A DNA stretch of 64,000 nucleotides from an uncultured Pseudomonadota bacterium (GCA_963847705.1 CAWKBC010000027.1:512001-576000); one strand, 5' to 3'. Counted from the first letter of the stretch, positions 40,942 to 50,777 are shown. Numbers and translations: made by a program. Notes: generated by a model from the letters alone, not told the origin.

Positions 40942-40989
40942 CGGTCGCGTCGCTGCCGCCCGTCCCGCCTGCTTGCTTGCGATCCCTCC

Positions 40990-43566
40990 ATGCATCACCG
41001 CGCCCCCCGCCTTATTCTTTCGGTTCTCCTCTCGCTGCTCATGTTTCGCCACGCTGTCCTGGCGGCCGGTCCTCCGCCGCAACCGAACGCCGCGCAGATC
41101 GCCCTCGGCCTGCGCAAGCTCGGCGTCGCCGGCAGCGTCCTCTACGTGGCGGCGCACCCCGACGACGAGAACACCGCGCTGCTCGCCTATCTGGCCAACG
41201 GGGCGCTCTTGCGCACGGCTTACCTGTCGCTCACCCGGGGTGACGGCGGCCAGAACCTGATCGGCTCCGAGCAGGGGCCGGCGCTGGGCCTCATCCGCAC
41301 GCAGGAGCTGCTGGCGGCGCGCCGGATCGACGGCGCGGAGCAGTTCTTCACCCGCGCGCGCGACTTCGGCTTTTCCAAGAGCCCCCAGGAGACGCTGCGC
41401 ATCTGGGGCAAGGACGCCGTGCTGGCCGACGTGGTGGCGGTCATCCGGAAGTTTCGCCCCGACGTGATCGTCACCCGCTTCTCGCCCGAGCCGGCGGAGA
41501 CGCACGGGCACCACACGGCCTCGGCCATGCTGGCGCTGGAGGCGTTTCATGCGGCCGCCGATCCCAAGTTTCACCCCGAGCAGCTGGTGGGCGGCGTCGG
41601 CGTCTGGCAGGCGCGGCGGATCTTCTGGAACCGATCCTCCTTCTTCATCAAGCCGACCGACGACGTGAGCGGCGACGCCAAGCTGGACGTCGACGGCTAC
41701 AACCCCCTCCTGGGCGAGTCGTACGGCGAGATGGCCGCCGACGGCCGCAGCATGCACAAGAGCCAGGGGTTCGGCGTGGCGCGCACGCGCACGCCGATCG
41801 TCGAGTACTTCAAGCTGCTGGCGTCGTCGGACCCGAAGGAGATCGGGGCCGGGAAGCCGCTGGCGGGAATCCTGGCCGGCATCGACGTCACGCTCAAGCG
41901 CTTCGCCGGGGCGGCGCGGCTGCGGGGCCTGGTCGACAGGGCGATCGCGAAGTTCGACCCTGCCGCGCCGTACGCCTCGGTGCCGGCGCTGGCCGCCGTC
42001 GACGGCGCGCTGTCGGAGATCTCCGACGCCGGCTGGCGTGGGGAGAAACAGCGCGAGGTCGGCGAGCTGGTCGTCGCCTGCGCAGGGCTGTTCGTCGAGG
42101 CGACGGCGGCCGATTACCGCGCGGCGCCCGGGACGGCCGTCGAGATCACGGCCACCGCCGTCGACCGCTCACCGGTGGCGGTGACGCTCGACGAGGTCCG
42201 GTTCCCGTTCGAGGCCACCGGTCATGCCGTGGCGCACAAGCTGGAGACGCCGAAGCAGGACGGGCAGCGGATCTCCGGCGCCGCGGCCCCCTTCGAGCTC
42301 AAACAGAGCGTGAAGCTGCCTGCCGAGCTGGCCCCCACGACGCCGTACTGGCTCGAAGCGCCGCCCGACGCCGGCCTCTATCACGCCGCTCCGGCGTTCA
42401 TCGGCCTGCCCGAACGCGCGTCGCCCGTCGAGGTCACGTTCGGCTTCACGATCGGCGGTCGCCGTTTCACCGTCGCGCGTCCGGTCAGCTACAAGTGGAC
42501 CGATCCGGTGATGGGGGAGCGCTATCGGGCGCTGGAGGTGACGCCGGCGGTGTCGGTTCGCCCCGAGACGAGCGTCTTGATGTTCCCCCGCGGCGCGGTT
42601 CAGACGCTCACGGTGCGATTGGTGGCGGGCGTTGCCTCGGCATCAGGCCTGCTGCGTCCCGAGGCGCCGGCCGGCTGGACCGTCGAACCGGCCTCCGCGC
42701 CGTTCACGCTGGGCGCCGTGGGGAGTGAAGCGGTCGTGAGCTTTCAGGTGCGCGCCAATGCCGGTGCTGGAGCCTCGCCCGCCCCGTTGCAGGTCGTCGC
42801 CGAGCTCGCTGGCGCCCGTCTGTCGCGGGGCGTGGTTCGGATCGAGCACCCGCACATTCCGATCCAGACCTACCTCGTCGCCGCCGACGTCCAGCTGGTC
42901 CCGGTGGATCTCGCCATTGCCGGCAAGCGGATCGGTTACATCCCGGGACCGGGCGACGAGGTCCCAGCCAGCCTGCGCCAGGTGGGTTACGAGGTGACGA
43001 TCCTCGGCGATGAGGCGCTGGCCGCCGGCGCGCCGGCGCTCGGGCGCTTCGACGCGATCGTGGTCGGCGTCCGCGCCTTCAACACCAACGAGCGGCTGCG
43101 CGCCGCGCACGCCGTGCTCATGGCCTACGTCGAAAACGGCGGGACGCTGGTGGTGCAGTACAACACCAACAACCGACTGGCGGCGCTCACCGTCCCGCTC
43201 GGACCCTGGCCGTTCGACATCGGCCAGAAGCGCGTCACCGACGAGACGGCGGCGGTCACCTTGGCGGCGGCCCGTCACCCCGCGCTCACCACGCCGAACC
43301 TGATCGGCCCCAAGGATTTCGAGGGTTGGGTGCAGGAGCGTGGTCTCTATTTCGCCGACAAGTGGGACAGCCACTACGAGACGCCGCTCTCGATGCACGA
43401 TCCCGGCGAGCCGCCGCAATCAGGGAGCCTGCTCTGGGCGCGCTCCGGGAAGGGGACCTTCGTCTACACCGGCCTGGCCTTCTTCCGGCAGCTCCCGGCG
43501 GGCGTGCCGGGGGCCTATCGGCTGTTTGCCAACCTGCTGGCCGGCGGACATCCGCGGGCGCCCTGA
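40990..43566 (+). CDS. Exported PIG-L/LmbE family deacetylase/amidase with NEW3-like and GATase-like C-terminal domains
   Basis: Signal-like N-terminus, AAHPDDE, TRGDGGQN, RTQEL, HGHH, SMHKSQGFG, WVQERGLYF, FFRQLPAGVPGAYRLFANL. Confidence 0.9.
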   Translation: MHHRAPRLILSVLLSLLMFRHAVLAAGPPPQPNAAQIALGLRKLGVAGSVLYVAAHPDDENTALLAYLANGALLRTAYLSLTRGDGGQNLIGSEQGPALGLIRTQELLAARRIDGAEQFFTRARDFGFSKSPQETLRIWGKDAVLADVVAVIRKFRPDVIVTRFSPEPAETHGHHTASAMLALEAFHAAADPKFHPEQLVGGVGVWQARRIFWNRSSFFIKPTDDVSGDAKLDVDGYNPLLGESYGEMAADGRSMHKSQGFGVARTRTPIVEYFKLLASSDPKEIGAGKPLAGILAGIDVTLKRFAGAARLRGLVDRAIAKFDPAAPYASVPALAAVDGALSEISDAGWRGEKQREVGELVVACAGLFVEATAADYRAAPGTAVEITATAVDRSPVAVTLDEVRFPFEATGHAVAHKLETPKQDGQRISGAAAPFELKQSVKLPAELAPTTPYWLEAPPDAGLYHAAPAFIGLPERASPVEVTFGFTIGGRRFTVARPVSYKWTDPVMGERYRALEVTPAVSVRPETSVLMFPRGAVQTLTVRLVAGVASASGLLRPEAPAGWTVEPASAPFTLGAVGSEAVVSFQVRANAGAGASPAPLQVVAELAGARLSRGVVRIEHPHIPIQTYLVAADVQLVPVDLAIAGKRIGYIPGPGDEVPASLRQVGYEVTILGDEALAAGAPALGRFDAIVVGVRAFNTNERLRAAHAVLMAYVENGGTLVVQYNTNNRLAALTVPLGPWPFDIGQKRVTDETAAVTLAAARHPALTTPNLIGPKDFEGWVQERGLYFADKWDSHYETPLSMHDPGEPPQSGSLLWARSGKGTFVYTGLAFFRQLPAGVPGAYRLFANLLAGGHPRAP

Positions 43567-43567
43567 G

Positions 43568-43729
43568 ATGGCTCCCGAGCTGGAAGACGACGGCAAGGAG
43601 CCCGCGGCGCGCGCCGAGCTCGACGACGCGCCGCCGTTCCTCACCTGGCGCGCGATCTATCTCATCGTCCTCGGCGCGCTGGCTGTGGAGGTGTTGCTCG
43701 GCGCCGCGTTGACCCTGGCCGCCTCGTGA
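43568..43729 (+). CDS. Small single-TM protein preceding the symporter
   Basis: MAPELEDD...PPFLTWRAIYLIVLGALAVEVLLGAALT; GTGA overlap with the symporter start. Confidence 0.75.
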   Translation: MAPELEDDGKEPAARAELDDAPPFLTWRAIYLIVLGALAVEVLLGAALTLAAS

Positions 43730-45441
43730 GCACGCTCGACTGGGCCGTCCTGTTCGGGACGCTGGCCGCCATCGTCGCTTACGGCATCTGGAAGACGCGC
43801 GGCCCGTCGAGCATGACCGACTACGTGCACGGCGGTTACCGCGACCGCTGGCTGACGATCGGCCTCGGCGTGATGGCGACCCAGGCCTCGGCCATCACCT
43901 TCCTCTCGATGCCGGGGCAGGCCTACGAGGACGGCATGCGCTTCCTGCAGTTCTACTTCGGCCTGCCGATCGCGATGGTGATCCTCTCCGTCGCCTTCAT
44001 CCCGCGCTTCTACAAGCTGCGCGTGCTCACCGCGTACGAGTACCTCGAAGGGCGCTTCGATCTGAAGACGCGGCAGCTGGCGGCGCTCCTGTTCCTCCTC
44101 CAGCGCGGGCTCTCCGCCGGGATCACCATCTACGCGCCGGCCATCGTGCTCTCCAAGGTGCTGGGCTGGCCGCTGAACCTGACCTGCGTGGTGATCGGTG
44201 GCCTCGTCATCCTCTACACGGTGGCGGGTGGGACGCGCGCGGTCAGCCAGACGCAGCGGCAACAGATGGTGGTGATGCTGGGCGGGATGGTGGTGGCGTT
44301 CGTGGTGATCGTCCACAAGCTGCCGGCGGAGCTGTCCTTCCGACACGCGGTGTCGCTGGCCGGGACGCTGGGGAAGATGAACGTCGTCGACTTCTCTCCC
44401 GATCTCGGGAACCGCTACACCTTCTGGTCGGGCCTGGCCGGCGGGGGCTTTCTGGCGATGGCCTACTTCGGGACCGACCAGTCGCAGGTGCAGCGCTATC
44501 TGTCGGGAAGGTCTGTGACGGAGAGCCGGCTGGGGCTGCTGTTCAATGGCCTGCTCAAGGTCCCGATGCAGTTCCTGATCCTCTTCGTCGGGGTGATGGT
44601 CTTCGTCTTTTATCAATTCAACCAGCCGCCGCTCTTCTTCAACGAGTCGGAGCTGGCGCGCGTCGCCCAGACCTCGCGCGCGCCAGAAATGCAGGCGCTG
44701 GAGGCCGAGCACCGGCTGGCCTTCGCCAGGAAGCGCGTCGAGGTGGCGCGGCTGGCGGCGGCGCTCGACGGGGGGGACGCACCGGCGATCGCGGACGCCC
44801 GCGCGGGCCTGCGCGCGGCGGCCGCCGGCTCGGAGGCGATTCGTGAGAGGGCGCGGAGGCTCATCGCCGCCGCGGTGCCGCGCCCCGAGATCCACGACGG
44901 CGACTACGTCTTCCTGTCGTTCGTGATGGCCAATCTGCCGCGTGGCCTCATCGGGCTCCTCCTGGCCGTCATCCTGTGCGCCGCCATGTCGTCGACGGCC
45001 AGCGAGCTGACGGCCCTGGGCGGCTGCACCGTGGTCGACTTCTACCGGCGCAGCTTTCGCCCGGAGGCCACCGACGCGCACTACCTGCGGGTCGCCAAGA
45101 TCGCCACCGGCGTCTGGGGGCTCCTGGCGGTGGCCTTCGCCGGGTTCGCCTCGCTGGTCGACAACTTGATCCAGGCGGTCAACATCCTCGGCTCGCTCTT
45201 TTACGGCACCATCCTGGGGATCTTCCTGGCGGCCTTCTTCTTTCGCCGCTTGCGGGCGACGCCGGTCTTCGTCGCCGCGATCGTCTCCGAGTTGCTGGTC
45301 GTCGGGCTCTGGCTGGGGACGAAGATCGGATTCCTCTGGTTCAACGTGATCGGCTGCGGCGCCGTGTTGCTCTTGTCATTGCTGCTGAGCGGGTCAGACT
45401 TCGGCCGCCACTCAACCCGGACCAGGGAGCCCTCCCCATGA
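43726..45441 (+). CDS. Sodium:solute symporter (SSS family)
   Basis: ATQASAITFLS.PG, YEYLE.RF, YFGTDQSQVQRYL, AAMSS; many TM segments. Confidence 0.93.
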   Translation: MSTLDWAVLFGTLAAIVAYGIWKTRGPSSMTDYVHGGYRDRWLTIGLGVMATQASAITFLSMPGQAYEDGMRFLQFYFGLPIAMVILSVAFIPRFYKLRVLTAYEYLEGRFDLKTRQLAALLFLLQRGLSAGITIYAPAIVLSKVLGWPLNLTCVVIGGLVILYTVAGGTRAVSQTQRQQMVVMLGGMVVAFVVIVHKLPAELSFRHAVSLAGTLGKMNVVDFSPDLGNRYTFWSGLAGGGFLAMAYFGTDQSQVQRYLSGRSVTESRLGLLFNGLLKVPMQFLILFVGVMVFVFYQFNQPPLFFNESELARVAQTSRAPEMQALEAEHRLAFARKRVEVARLAAALDGGDAPAIADARAGLRAAAAGSEAIRERARRLIAAAVPRPEIHDGDYVFLSFVMANLPRGLIGLLLAVILCAAMSSTASELTALGGCTVVDFYRRSFRPEATDAHYLRVAKIATGVWGLLAVAFAGFASLVDNLIQAVNILGSLFYGTILGIFLAAFFFRRLRATPVFVAAIVSELLVVGLWLGTKIGFLWFNVIGCGAVLLLSLLLSGSDFGRHSTRTREPSP

Positions 45442-46064
45442 AGATGCGATCCTCTCTCCTGATTGCCGCCGTGGCCACCCTCGGCCTCGGGGCCTTCGTG
45501 GCGCGCGCGGAGGCCAAGAAGGCCGCCACGCCGGCCGGCGCCAGCAACGGATTCCAGACCGACTTTCTCGGCCTGCTCGACGACGTGCAGAAGAAGATCT
45601 TGTCGCTGGAGGACGCCATCCCGCAGGACAAGTTCAAGTGGCGGCCGGGCCCCGGCGTCCGCTCGGTCTCCGAAGCCTTCCTGCACATCGCCTACGGAAA
45701 CTACGGTTTCACCAAGGGCGCCACCGGCAAGGCGCCGCCGGCCGACGTCGGCTGGGGAGCGGACCACGCCAAGTGGGACGCCAAGACGACCGACAAGGCC
45801 GAGATCAAGAAGACGCTCGAGGCCTCCTTCGAGCAGGTGCGCGCGGCGATGAAGGACGTCACGGACGCCGACCTCGACAAGAAGGTCAACGTGTTCGGGC
45901 ACGACCTGACGGAGCGCGCGGTCTGGATGGCGCTCCTCGGCCACCTGAACGAGCACATGGGGCAGGAGGTCGCCTACGCCCGCGCCAACGGCGTCGTCCC
46001 GCCCTGGAGCATGCCGAAGGGCGCAAATGGCGCGAACGGCGCAAACGGGGCAAACGGTGGTTGA
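45438..46064 (+). CDS. Exported DinB/YfiT superfamily protein
   Basis: Signal peptide, WRP..GVRSVSE..LHIA and H..EH.GQ metal-binding His set; ATGA overlap with the symporter. Confidence 0.85.
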   Translation: MKMRSSLLIAAVATLGLGAFVARAEAKKAATPAGASNGFQTDFLGLLDDVQKKILSLEDAIPQDKFKWRPGPGVRSVSEAFLHIAYGNYGFTKGATGKAPPADVGWGADHAKWDAKTTDKAEIKKTLEASFEQVRAAMKDVTDADLDKKVNVFGHDLTERAVWMALLGHLNEHMGQEVAYARANGVVPPWSMPKGANGANGANGANGG

Positions 46065-46107
46065 CCGCCGCGGTCGCCGCCGGCGTTCAGTCACCACGCG
46101 GGCCTGA

Positions 46108-46920
46108 CTAGCGCGCCGTCCAGCCGCCGTCGATGAGCAGCGTGGTGCCGGTGATCATGGCGGCCGCCGGCGAGCAGAGGAAGACGACGGAGGCGGCGAC
46201 GTCCGCCGGCTCACCGACGCGGCCGAGCGGGATGCGCGCCAGGAGATCACGGCGGAAGTCGTCGTCCTCGAGCCACTTCACCGTGCCAGGGGTGCGGATG
46301 AAGGTCGGCGCGACGGCGTTGACGTTGATGCCGTACGGCGCCCACTCGACCGCCAGGCACCTGGTGAGGTGGGCGATGGCCGCCTTGGTCATGCAGTAGA
46401 CCGACTCGGTCGGCAGCGCCACGAAGCCAGCCTGCGAGCTCAGGCTGACGATCCGGCCGCCGCGCCCGGCGGCGATCATCGCGCGCCCGACCGCCTGGCT
46501 GACGAAGAACGTTCCCTTGAGGTTGACGGCCACCGTCGCGTCGAAGTCGGCCTCGGTCACCGACTCCGCAGCGTTGGGCGGACCGATGCCGGCGTTGTTG
46601 ACCAGGATGTCGAGGTGGCCGAAGTGACCGACCGCCTGCGCGACCGCCGCCGAGACCTCCGCCGGCCGCGCGACGTCCATCTGCAACGGCAGCGCGTGGC
46701 GGCCGAGCGCGCGGACGACGTCGGCGACATCACCCGCCGCGCCGAGATCGCGAAAGCCCAGCGCCAGATCGGCGCCGGCCCGGGCCAGGGCGATGGCCAC
46801 CGCGCGGCCGATCCCGCGCGCGGCGCCGGTGACCAGCGCGATTCGTCCGGTGACGTCGAAGGGCCGTGCGGCGTCCGTGCCGGAAGGCGCGGTCGTCATC
46901 GAGGTTGGCGTTTCATTCAT
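46108..46920 (-). CDS. Short-chain dehydrogenase/reductase (gluconate 5-dehydrogenase/KduD-like)
   Basis: [21 protein letters not shown]. Confidence 0.9.
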   Translation of the reverse strand: MNETPTSMTTAPSGTDAARPFDVTGRIALVTGAARGIGRAVAIALARAGADLALGFRDLGAAGDVADVVRALGRHALPLQMDVARPAEVSAAVAQAVGHFGHLDILVNNAGIGPPNAAESVTEADFDATVAVNLKGTFFVSQAVGRAMIAAGRGGRIVSLSSQAGFVALPTESVYCMTKAAIAHLTRCLAVEWAPYGINVNAVAPTFIRTPGTVKWLEDDDFRRDLLARIPLGRVGEPADVAASVVFLCSPAAAMITGTTLLIDGGWTAR

Positions 46921-46936
46921 TGGCGGAAGGTATCGC

Positions 46937-46961
46937 GTAACCACCTGCGACGGGCGACGTA
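46937..46961 (+). promoter_or_regulatory. Putative ECF sigma promoter of the bufferin cluster
   Basis: GTAACC-N15-CGTA about 60 nt upstream of the precursor gene. Confidence 0.45.
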
Positions 46962-47019
46962 GCACCGGTGAACGAGGACCGGGCCGCGGTGGCCCTTCGA
47001 CCTAACCCAGGAGAGAGAC

Positions 47020-47265
47020 ATGAGCATCAAGGGAGCAATGATCGCCGCTTCGGTGGCCGGGCTGTTCACGATGGGCGTCGCCGGCATGGCTTCGGCGAAA
47101 AAGGGAGACGACGTCATGTGCAGCGGCGTCAACGCCTGCAAGGGGCAGAGCGCCTGCAAGGGTGGCGACAACGCCTGCAAGGGGAAGAACGGCTGCAAGG
47201 GGCAGGGGAACATGAAGATGAGCAAGGCCGACTGCGAGACCAAGGGCGGAAAGGCCGTCAAGTAA
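47020..47265 (+). CDS. bufA: Bufferin-type (BufA2-like) Cys-rich RiPP precursor
   Basis: Signal peptide, six Cys, C.G.N.CKG..CKG..CKG.N.CKG.G; directly upstream of a DUF692 gene. Confidence 0.85.
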   Translation: MSIKGAMIAASVAGLFTMGVAGMASAKKGDDVMCSGVNACKGQSACKGGDNACKGKNGCKGQGNMKMSKADCETKGGKAVK

Positions 47266-47288
47266 CGGGCAAAGAGACGTGAACGACA

Positions 47289-47318
47289 GGCCGGCGGCGC
47301 CTCGACGCGCCGCCGGCC
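47289..47318 (+). other. Intra-operon 12-bp GC hairpin after the precursor gene
   Basis: GGCCGGCGGCGC-ctcgac-GCGCCGCCGGCC with no U-tract. Confidence 0.6.
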
Positions 47319-47337
47319 GCTCGTCACCCGAGACGCC

Positions 47338-48195
47338 ATGACGAACACCTCGACAGCGCAGCTGTTCCCCAACCTGGGTCGCGGCCTGGGGCTGCGGCGC
47401 GAGCACTACCAGCACGTCGTCGAAAATCGGCCGCCGGTCGGCTGGTTCGAGGTGATCTCGGAGAACTTCCTGGGCGCCGGCGGCAATCCGCGGCGCGTGC
47501 TGGAGGCGGTCCGCCGCGACCACCCGGTCGTCCTGCACGGCGTGTCGCTGTCGATCGGTTCGACCGACCCGCTCGACGAGCGCTATCTCACCGAGCTGGA
47601 CGCGCTGGCGCGGGCCGTCGAGCCGGCCTGGATCTCGGACCACCTCTGCTGGGGCGCGGCGCACGGGATCAACGCGCACGATCTGTTGCCGCTGCCGTAC
47701 ACCGAGGAGGCGCTGGCCCACGTCGCGCGCCGGGTGGAGATGGTCCAGGAGCGGCTGGGACGGAGAATCCTGCTGGAGAACCCTTCCAGCTACCTGGTGC
47801 TCGAGGGCGACATGCCGGAGCACGAGTTCTTGGCCGCGCTGGCCCGGCGCGCCGACTGCGGCATCCTGCTCGACGTCAACAACGTCTTCGTGAGCGCCCA
47901 CAACCACGGATGGGATCCGCAGGCCTACCTGGCGGCGATGCCGGCCGAGCGGGTCGGTCAGATTCACCTGGCCGGTCATTCCGAAGAGGGCGCGCTGCTC
48001 ATCGACACCCACGACGGACAGGTCGCCGACGGCGTCTGGCAGCTCTATGCCGAGGCGGTGAGGCGGTTCGGGGCCCGATCGACGATGATCGAATGGGACG
48101 CCGACGTCCCGGCGTTCGAGGAGCTGGAGGCGGAGCTCGGTCGGGCGGCGCGGTGGGAGAAGATGGCGCTGGGGGAGCGACGCGATGCGGCCTGA
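47338..48195 (+). CDS. bufB: DUF692 multinuclear non-heme iron oxidase (MNIO)
   Basis: GLGLR, FE.ISEN, HGVSLSIG, SDHLCW, DLLPLPY, LENPS, LLDVNN, HLAGH, IDTHD, EWD. Confidence 0.93.
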   Translation: MTNTSTAQLFPNLGRGLGLRREHYQHVVENRPPVGWFEVISENFLGAGGNPRRVLEAVRRDHPVVLHGVSLSIGSTDPLDERYLTELDALARAVEPAWISDHLCWGAAHGINAHDLLPLPYTEEALAHVARRVEMVQERLGRRILLENPSSYLVLEGDMPEHEFLAALARRADCGILLDVNNVFVSAHNHGWDPQAYLAAMPAERVGQIHLAGHSEEGALLIDTHDGQVADGVWQLYAEAVRRFGARSTMIEWDADVPAFEELEAELGRAARWEKMALGERRDAA

Positions 48196-49003
48196 GCGCG
48201 CGCCACGGCCCTCGCTGGCGGCCGTCCAGGCGGCGCTGCTGTCGCGGATCACCGGCCAGGAGCTGGGCGCGCCAGCGTGGGACACGACGTCGTTGATTCA
48301 GGGAGACGCGCGGGCGAGCGCCGAGGAGCGGCTGGCGATCTATTCGTTCATGTACGGCGCGCGCTTCGTCGAGGCGCTGGAGTCGCAGTTCCCGCGGCTG
48401 GCGCGCCAGATCGGCGCCGATGCGTTCGCCGACCTGACGGCCAACTACACGGCCGCTCGCCCGTCGCGCCACCCGTCGCTGCGTGAGCTGGGGCGCGCGC
48501 TGCCCGGCTGGCTGGCGGCGCAACAGCCCGACACACCGGCGCTGGCGGCCCTGGCGGCGCTCGAGTGGGCGCGCGCCGACGTCTACGATCTCGCCGACGA
48601 GCCCGCGATGACGCTGGAGGCGCTCCGCGCCTTTCCGCCTGAGCGCTTCGGCGAGCTGCCGCTCAAGTTGATCGCGGCGCACCGCTTCGTGGAGGTCGAG
48701 CGCGGGACCGAGGCGCTGTGGGACGGGCTGGCACCAGACGCGGGCGAAACGCCGGACCTGCTCCCGGCATCGCCGCAGGCCGGTCCGGGCGCGACGCTGC
48801 TCGTCTGGCGCCAGGAGATCGCCGTCTACCACCGCGCGGTCGATCCAGAGGAGCGCGCGGCGCTCGCCTTGATGTCATCCGGCAGCCGGTTCGGGGTCAT
48901 CTGCGACGCACTCTCCGCGGCGCATGGCGACGAGACCGCCGCGACGCGGGCGTTCGCCTGGCTCTCGACCTGGATCTCTGACGGCCTGCTGACCGAGCTC
49001 TGA
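48185..49003 (+). CDS. bufC: DUF2063/HvfC-type MNIO partner protein
   Basis: RLAIY...Y.AR..EAL...FP, LAALEWA..D, LLVWR; overlaps the MNIO stop. Confidence 0.85.
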   Translation: MRPERAPRPSLAAVQAALLSRITGQELGAPAWDTTSLIQGDARASAEERLAIYSFMYGARFVEALESQFPRLARQIGADAFADLTANYTAARPSRHPSLRELGRALPGWLAAQQPDTPALAALAALEWARADVYDLADEPAMTLEALRAFPPERFGELPLKLIAAHRFVEVERGTEALWDGLAPDAGETPDLLPASPQAGPGATLLVWRQEIAVYHRAVDPEERAALALMSSGSRFGVICDALSAAHGDETAATRAFAWLSTWISDGLLTEL

Positions 49004-49023
49004 CACCTTCCGCCTCAGTCGCG

Positions 49024-50154
49024 CTACAGCGCCAGCGGCAGCGCCGGCGGTTGCAGCGGCGTTCCGCCGCCGCCGATGGTGCTGGGCGCGTTGTTGTCGA
49101 CCACCGCCAGCGCGCCGAACAGACGATCCATGTCGCGCGCCCAGGGGGTGTCCTTCGACGACGGCGTCATGCTGAATCCCCAGTCGCTCTGAAACTGCTG
49201 CGTGAAGTCGCCGTCAGGGCCGAGCTCGACGCAGAGAGCGTAAACGGCCCAGGCGGTGTCGTCGACCACGTAGGCGCCGTAGTTTTGCAGCGTGAAGCCC
49301 AGGGCGGCCGCGGCGGCCGTCTCCAGCCCCAGGCCGGCGACGTCGGTGCCGATCGGGATCGCCAGCAGGGCGCCCGGCTCGAGCGCGGCGTTCGGCCCGC
49401 CGTAGCTCGTCGTCGCGTAGGTGTCGGCCTGGATGGCGGGCCAGCGGTAGCAGCTGCTGTACGTGGCGCACCTGCCGTAGTTGATCGCAGCGTCGAGCTC
49501 GATCTTGAGCGCGTGCCGCACCGGCGGGCCGCCCGGACGCAGCTCGCCCACCCGCAGGGTGCCCCCGATCGCGGACAGCCCCGAGCCGCCGTGCGCGCCG
49601 GTGATGCCGTCGCCGGCGATGTCGACGTCGGCGAAGTCGTAGTGCGACGTGGCCGGACCCCCGGCGGTGCAGCGCGAGAACGGCTGCGTCTGCTTGAGCG
49701 TCCGTCCGTCGGCGGCCAGGATCGCCGCCGACGCGTTCGGGGTGTTCGGCAGCACCGGCTTGAAGACGAAGTCATCCGGGACCGGCGCCGAGAACAGCGC
49801 CGGCGCCGACGCCGGACAACGATCCATCGTGTCGTTCCAGTCGGCGGTGCTGGTCATGACCGCCAGCGCCGGGGCGCCCGGCCGCATGACGATCAGATCT
49901 TGATCGACCGTCATCCCGTACGCGGTCGCCGGCGTGATCTGCGCGGCGACATAGACGGCGCCGCTGCCGATCGGCGTGTTCCAGATGCTGGTCGGCGAGA
50001 AGGGCCAATGCAGCGGATCGCGCGTCGCCGCCGCATCGACACCCGTTGCGCCGTCGTGGCTGGCCGCCCCGTCGCCAGAAGGATGACTGCCGGCCGCGCT
50101 CCCGGCGCTGCACGAGGCGGTGGCGACCAACCAGGCAACCGCGATCGCGCGCAT
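49024..50154 (-). CDS. Uncharacterised lipoprotein
   Basis: Signal ending TASC; WPFS..SIWNTPIGS, GAHGGSGLSAIGGTLR.GE, HAL, WPA..AD, LQNYGAYVVD. Confidence 0.75.
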   Translation of the reverse strand: MRAIAVAWLVATASCSAGSAAGSHPSGDGAASHDGATGVDAAATRDPLHWPFSPTSIWNTPIGSGAVYVAAQITPATAYGMTVDQDLIVMRPGAPALAVMTSTADWNDTMDRCPASAPALFSAPVPDDFVFKPVLPNTPNASAAILAADGRTLKQTQPFSRCTAGGPATSHYDFADVDIAGDGITGAHGGSGLSAIGGTLRVGELRPGGPPVRHALKIELDAAINYGRCATYSSCYRWPAIQADTYATTSYGGPNAALEPGALLAIPIGTDVAGLGLETAAAAALGFTLQNYGAYVVDDTAWAVYALCVELGPDGDFTQQFQSDWGFSMTPSSKDTPWARDMDRLFGALAVVDNNAPSTIGGGGTPLQPPALPLAL

Positions 50155-50174
50155 GTCCCTATTTTAATCGGGGG

Positions 50175-50665
50175 TCAGCGCTGAATCTCGACCAGCAAGA
50201 CCCAGGAATTGGCGATCGCCGCGGCGAAGGAGAGCAACGCGCCAGCGGCCAACCAGTAGAGGCCACCTCCGGCGCCCAGCAGCAGCGAGACGCCACAGAC
50301 GACGAGCGGGACCGTTCCTATCTGGTGGGTGAGCGCCCGGGTCAGCGCCCAGTGAAGCGGGGCGTTCGGTATGACGGCGCGCTTCTGGAGCACCATCGGC
50401 CAGATCCAGACCAGCGCGGCCACGGCGAGGATCTCCGCGCCCAGGGCCACCCGCGGCTGCCCGGGAATGAGACCCAGCGAGGCGATGACCAGGACGGCCA
50501 TCAACATCATCAGCGACTTCCGGCACGGCCCGGGAGCTGCGGGAACGCCAGCACCTTCGTCAGGTTGATCGAGACGGCCACGAACAAGAGCCCGGTCAGC
50601 GCGGCCGCCGCGCCGACCTCGGCGACGAAGAAGGTCTCCCATCCCGCCGTGGCGTAGGGGCTCAT
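50175..50665 (-). pseudogene. Membrane protein split by a 1-nt deletion near 50519 (or assembly error)
   Basis: The N-part MSPYATAGWETFFVAEVGAAAALTGLLFVAVSINL..LPGRA stops early. The C-part SLMMLMAVL...GGLYWL...NSWVLLVEIQR* is in another frame. Total length 491 = 3n-1. Confidence 0.7.
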
Positions 50666-50777
50666 GCGCCGCGCAGCCTATCACGGTCGAAAACCGCGCC
50701 ACACCGCGTGTAAGATGAGCTCGCGTGGCGAACCTGCGATTCGGTGCTGCTTGCGCGGGGCTGCTCACCGGCGCGCG

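Noticed and set aside
46018-46058. GAN x4 repeat at the DinB C-terminus
   Set aside because: Short low-complexity tail with no evident function.
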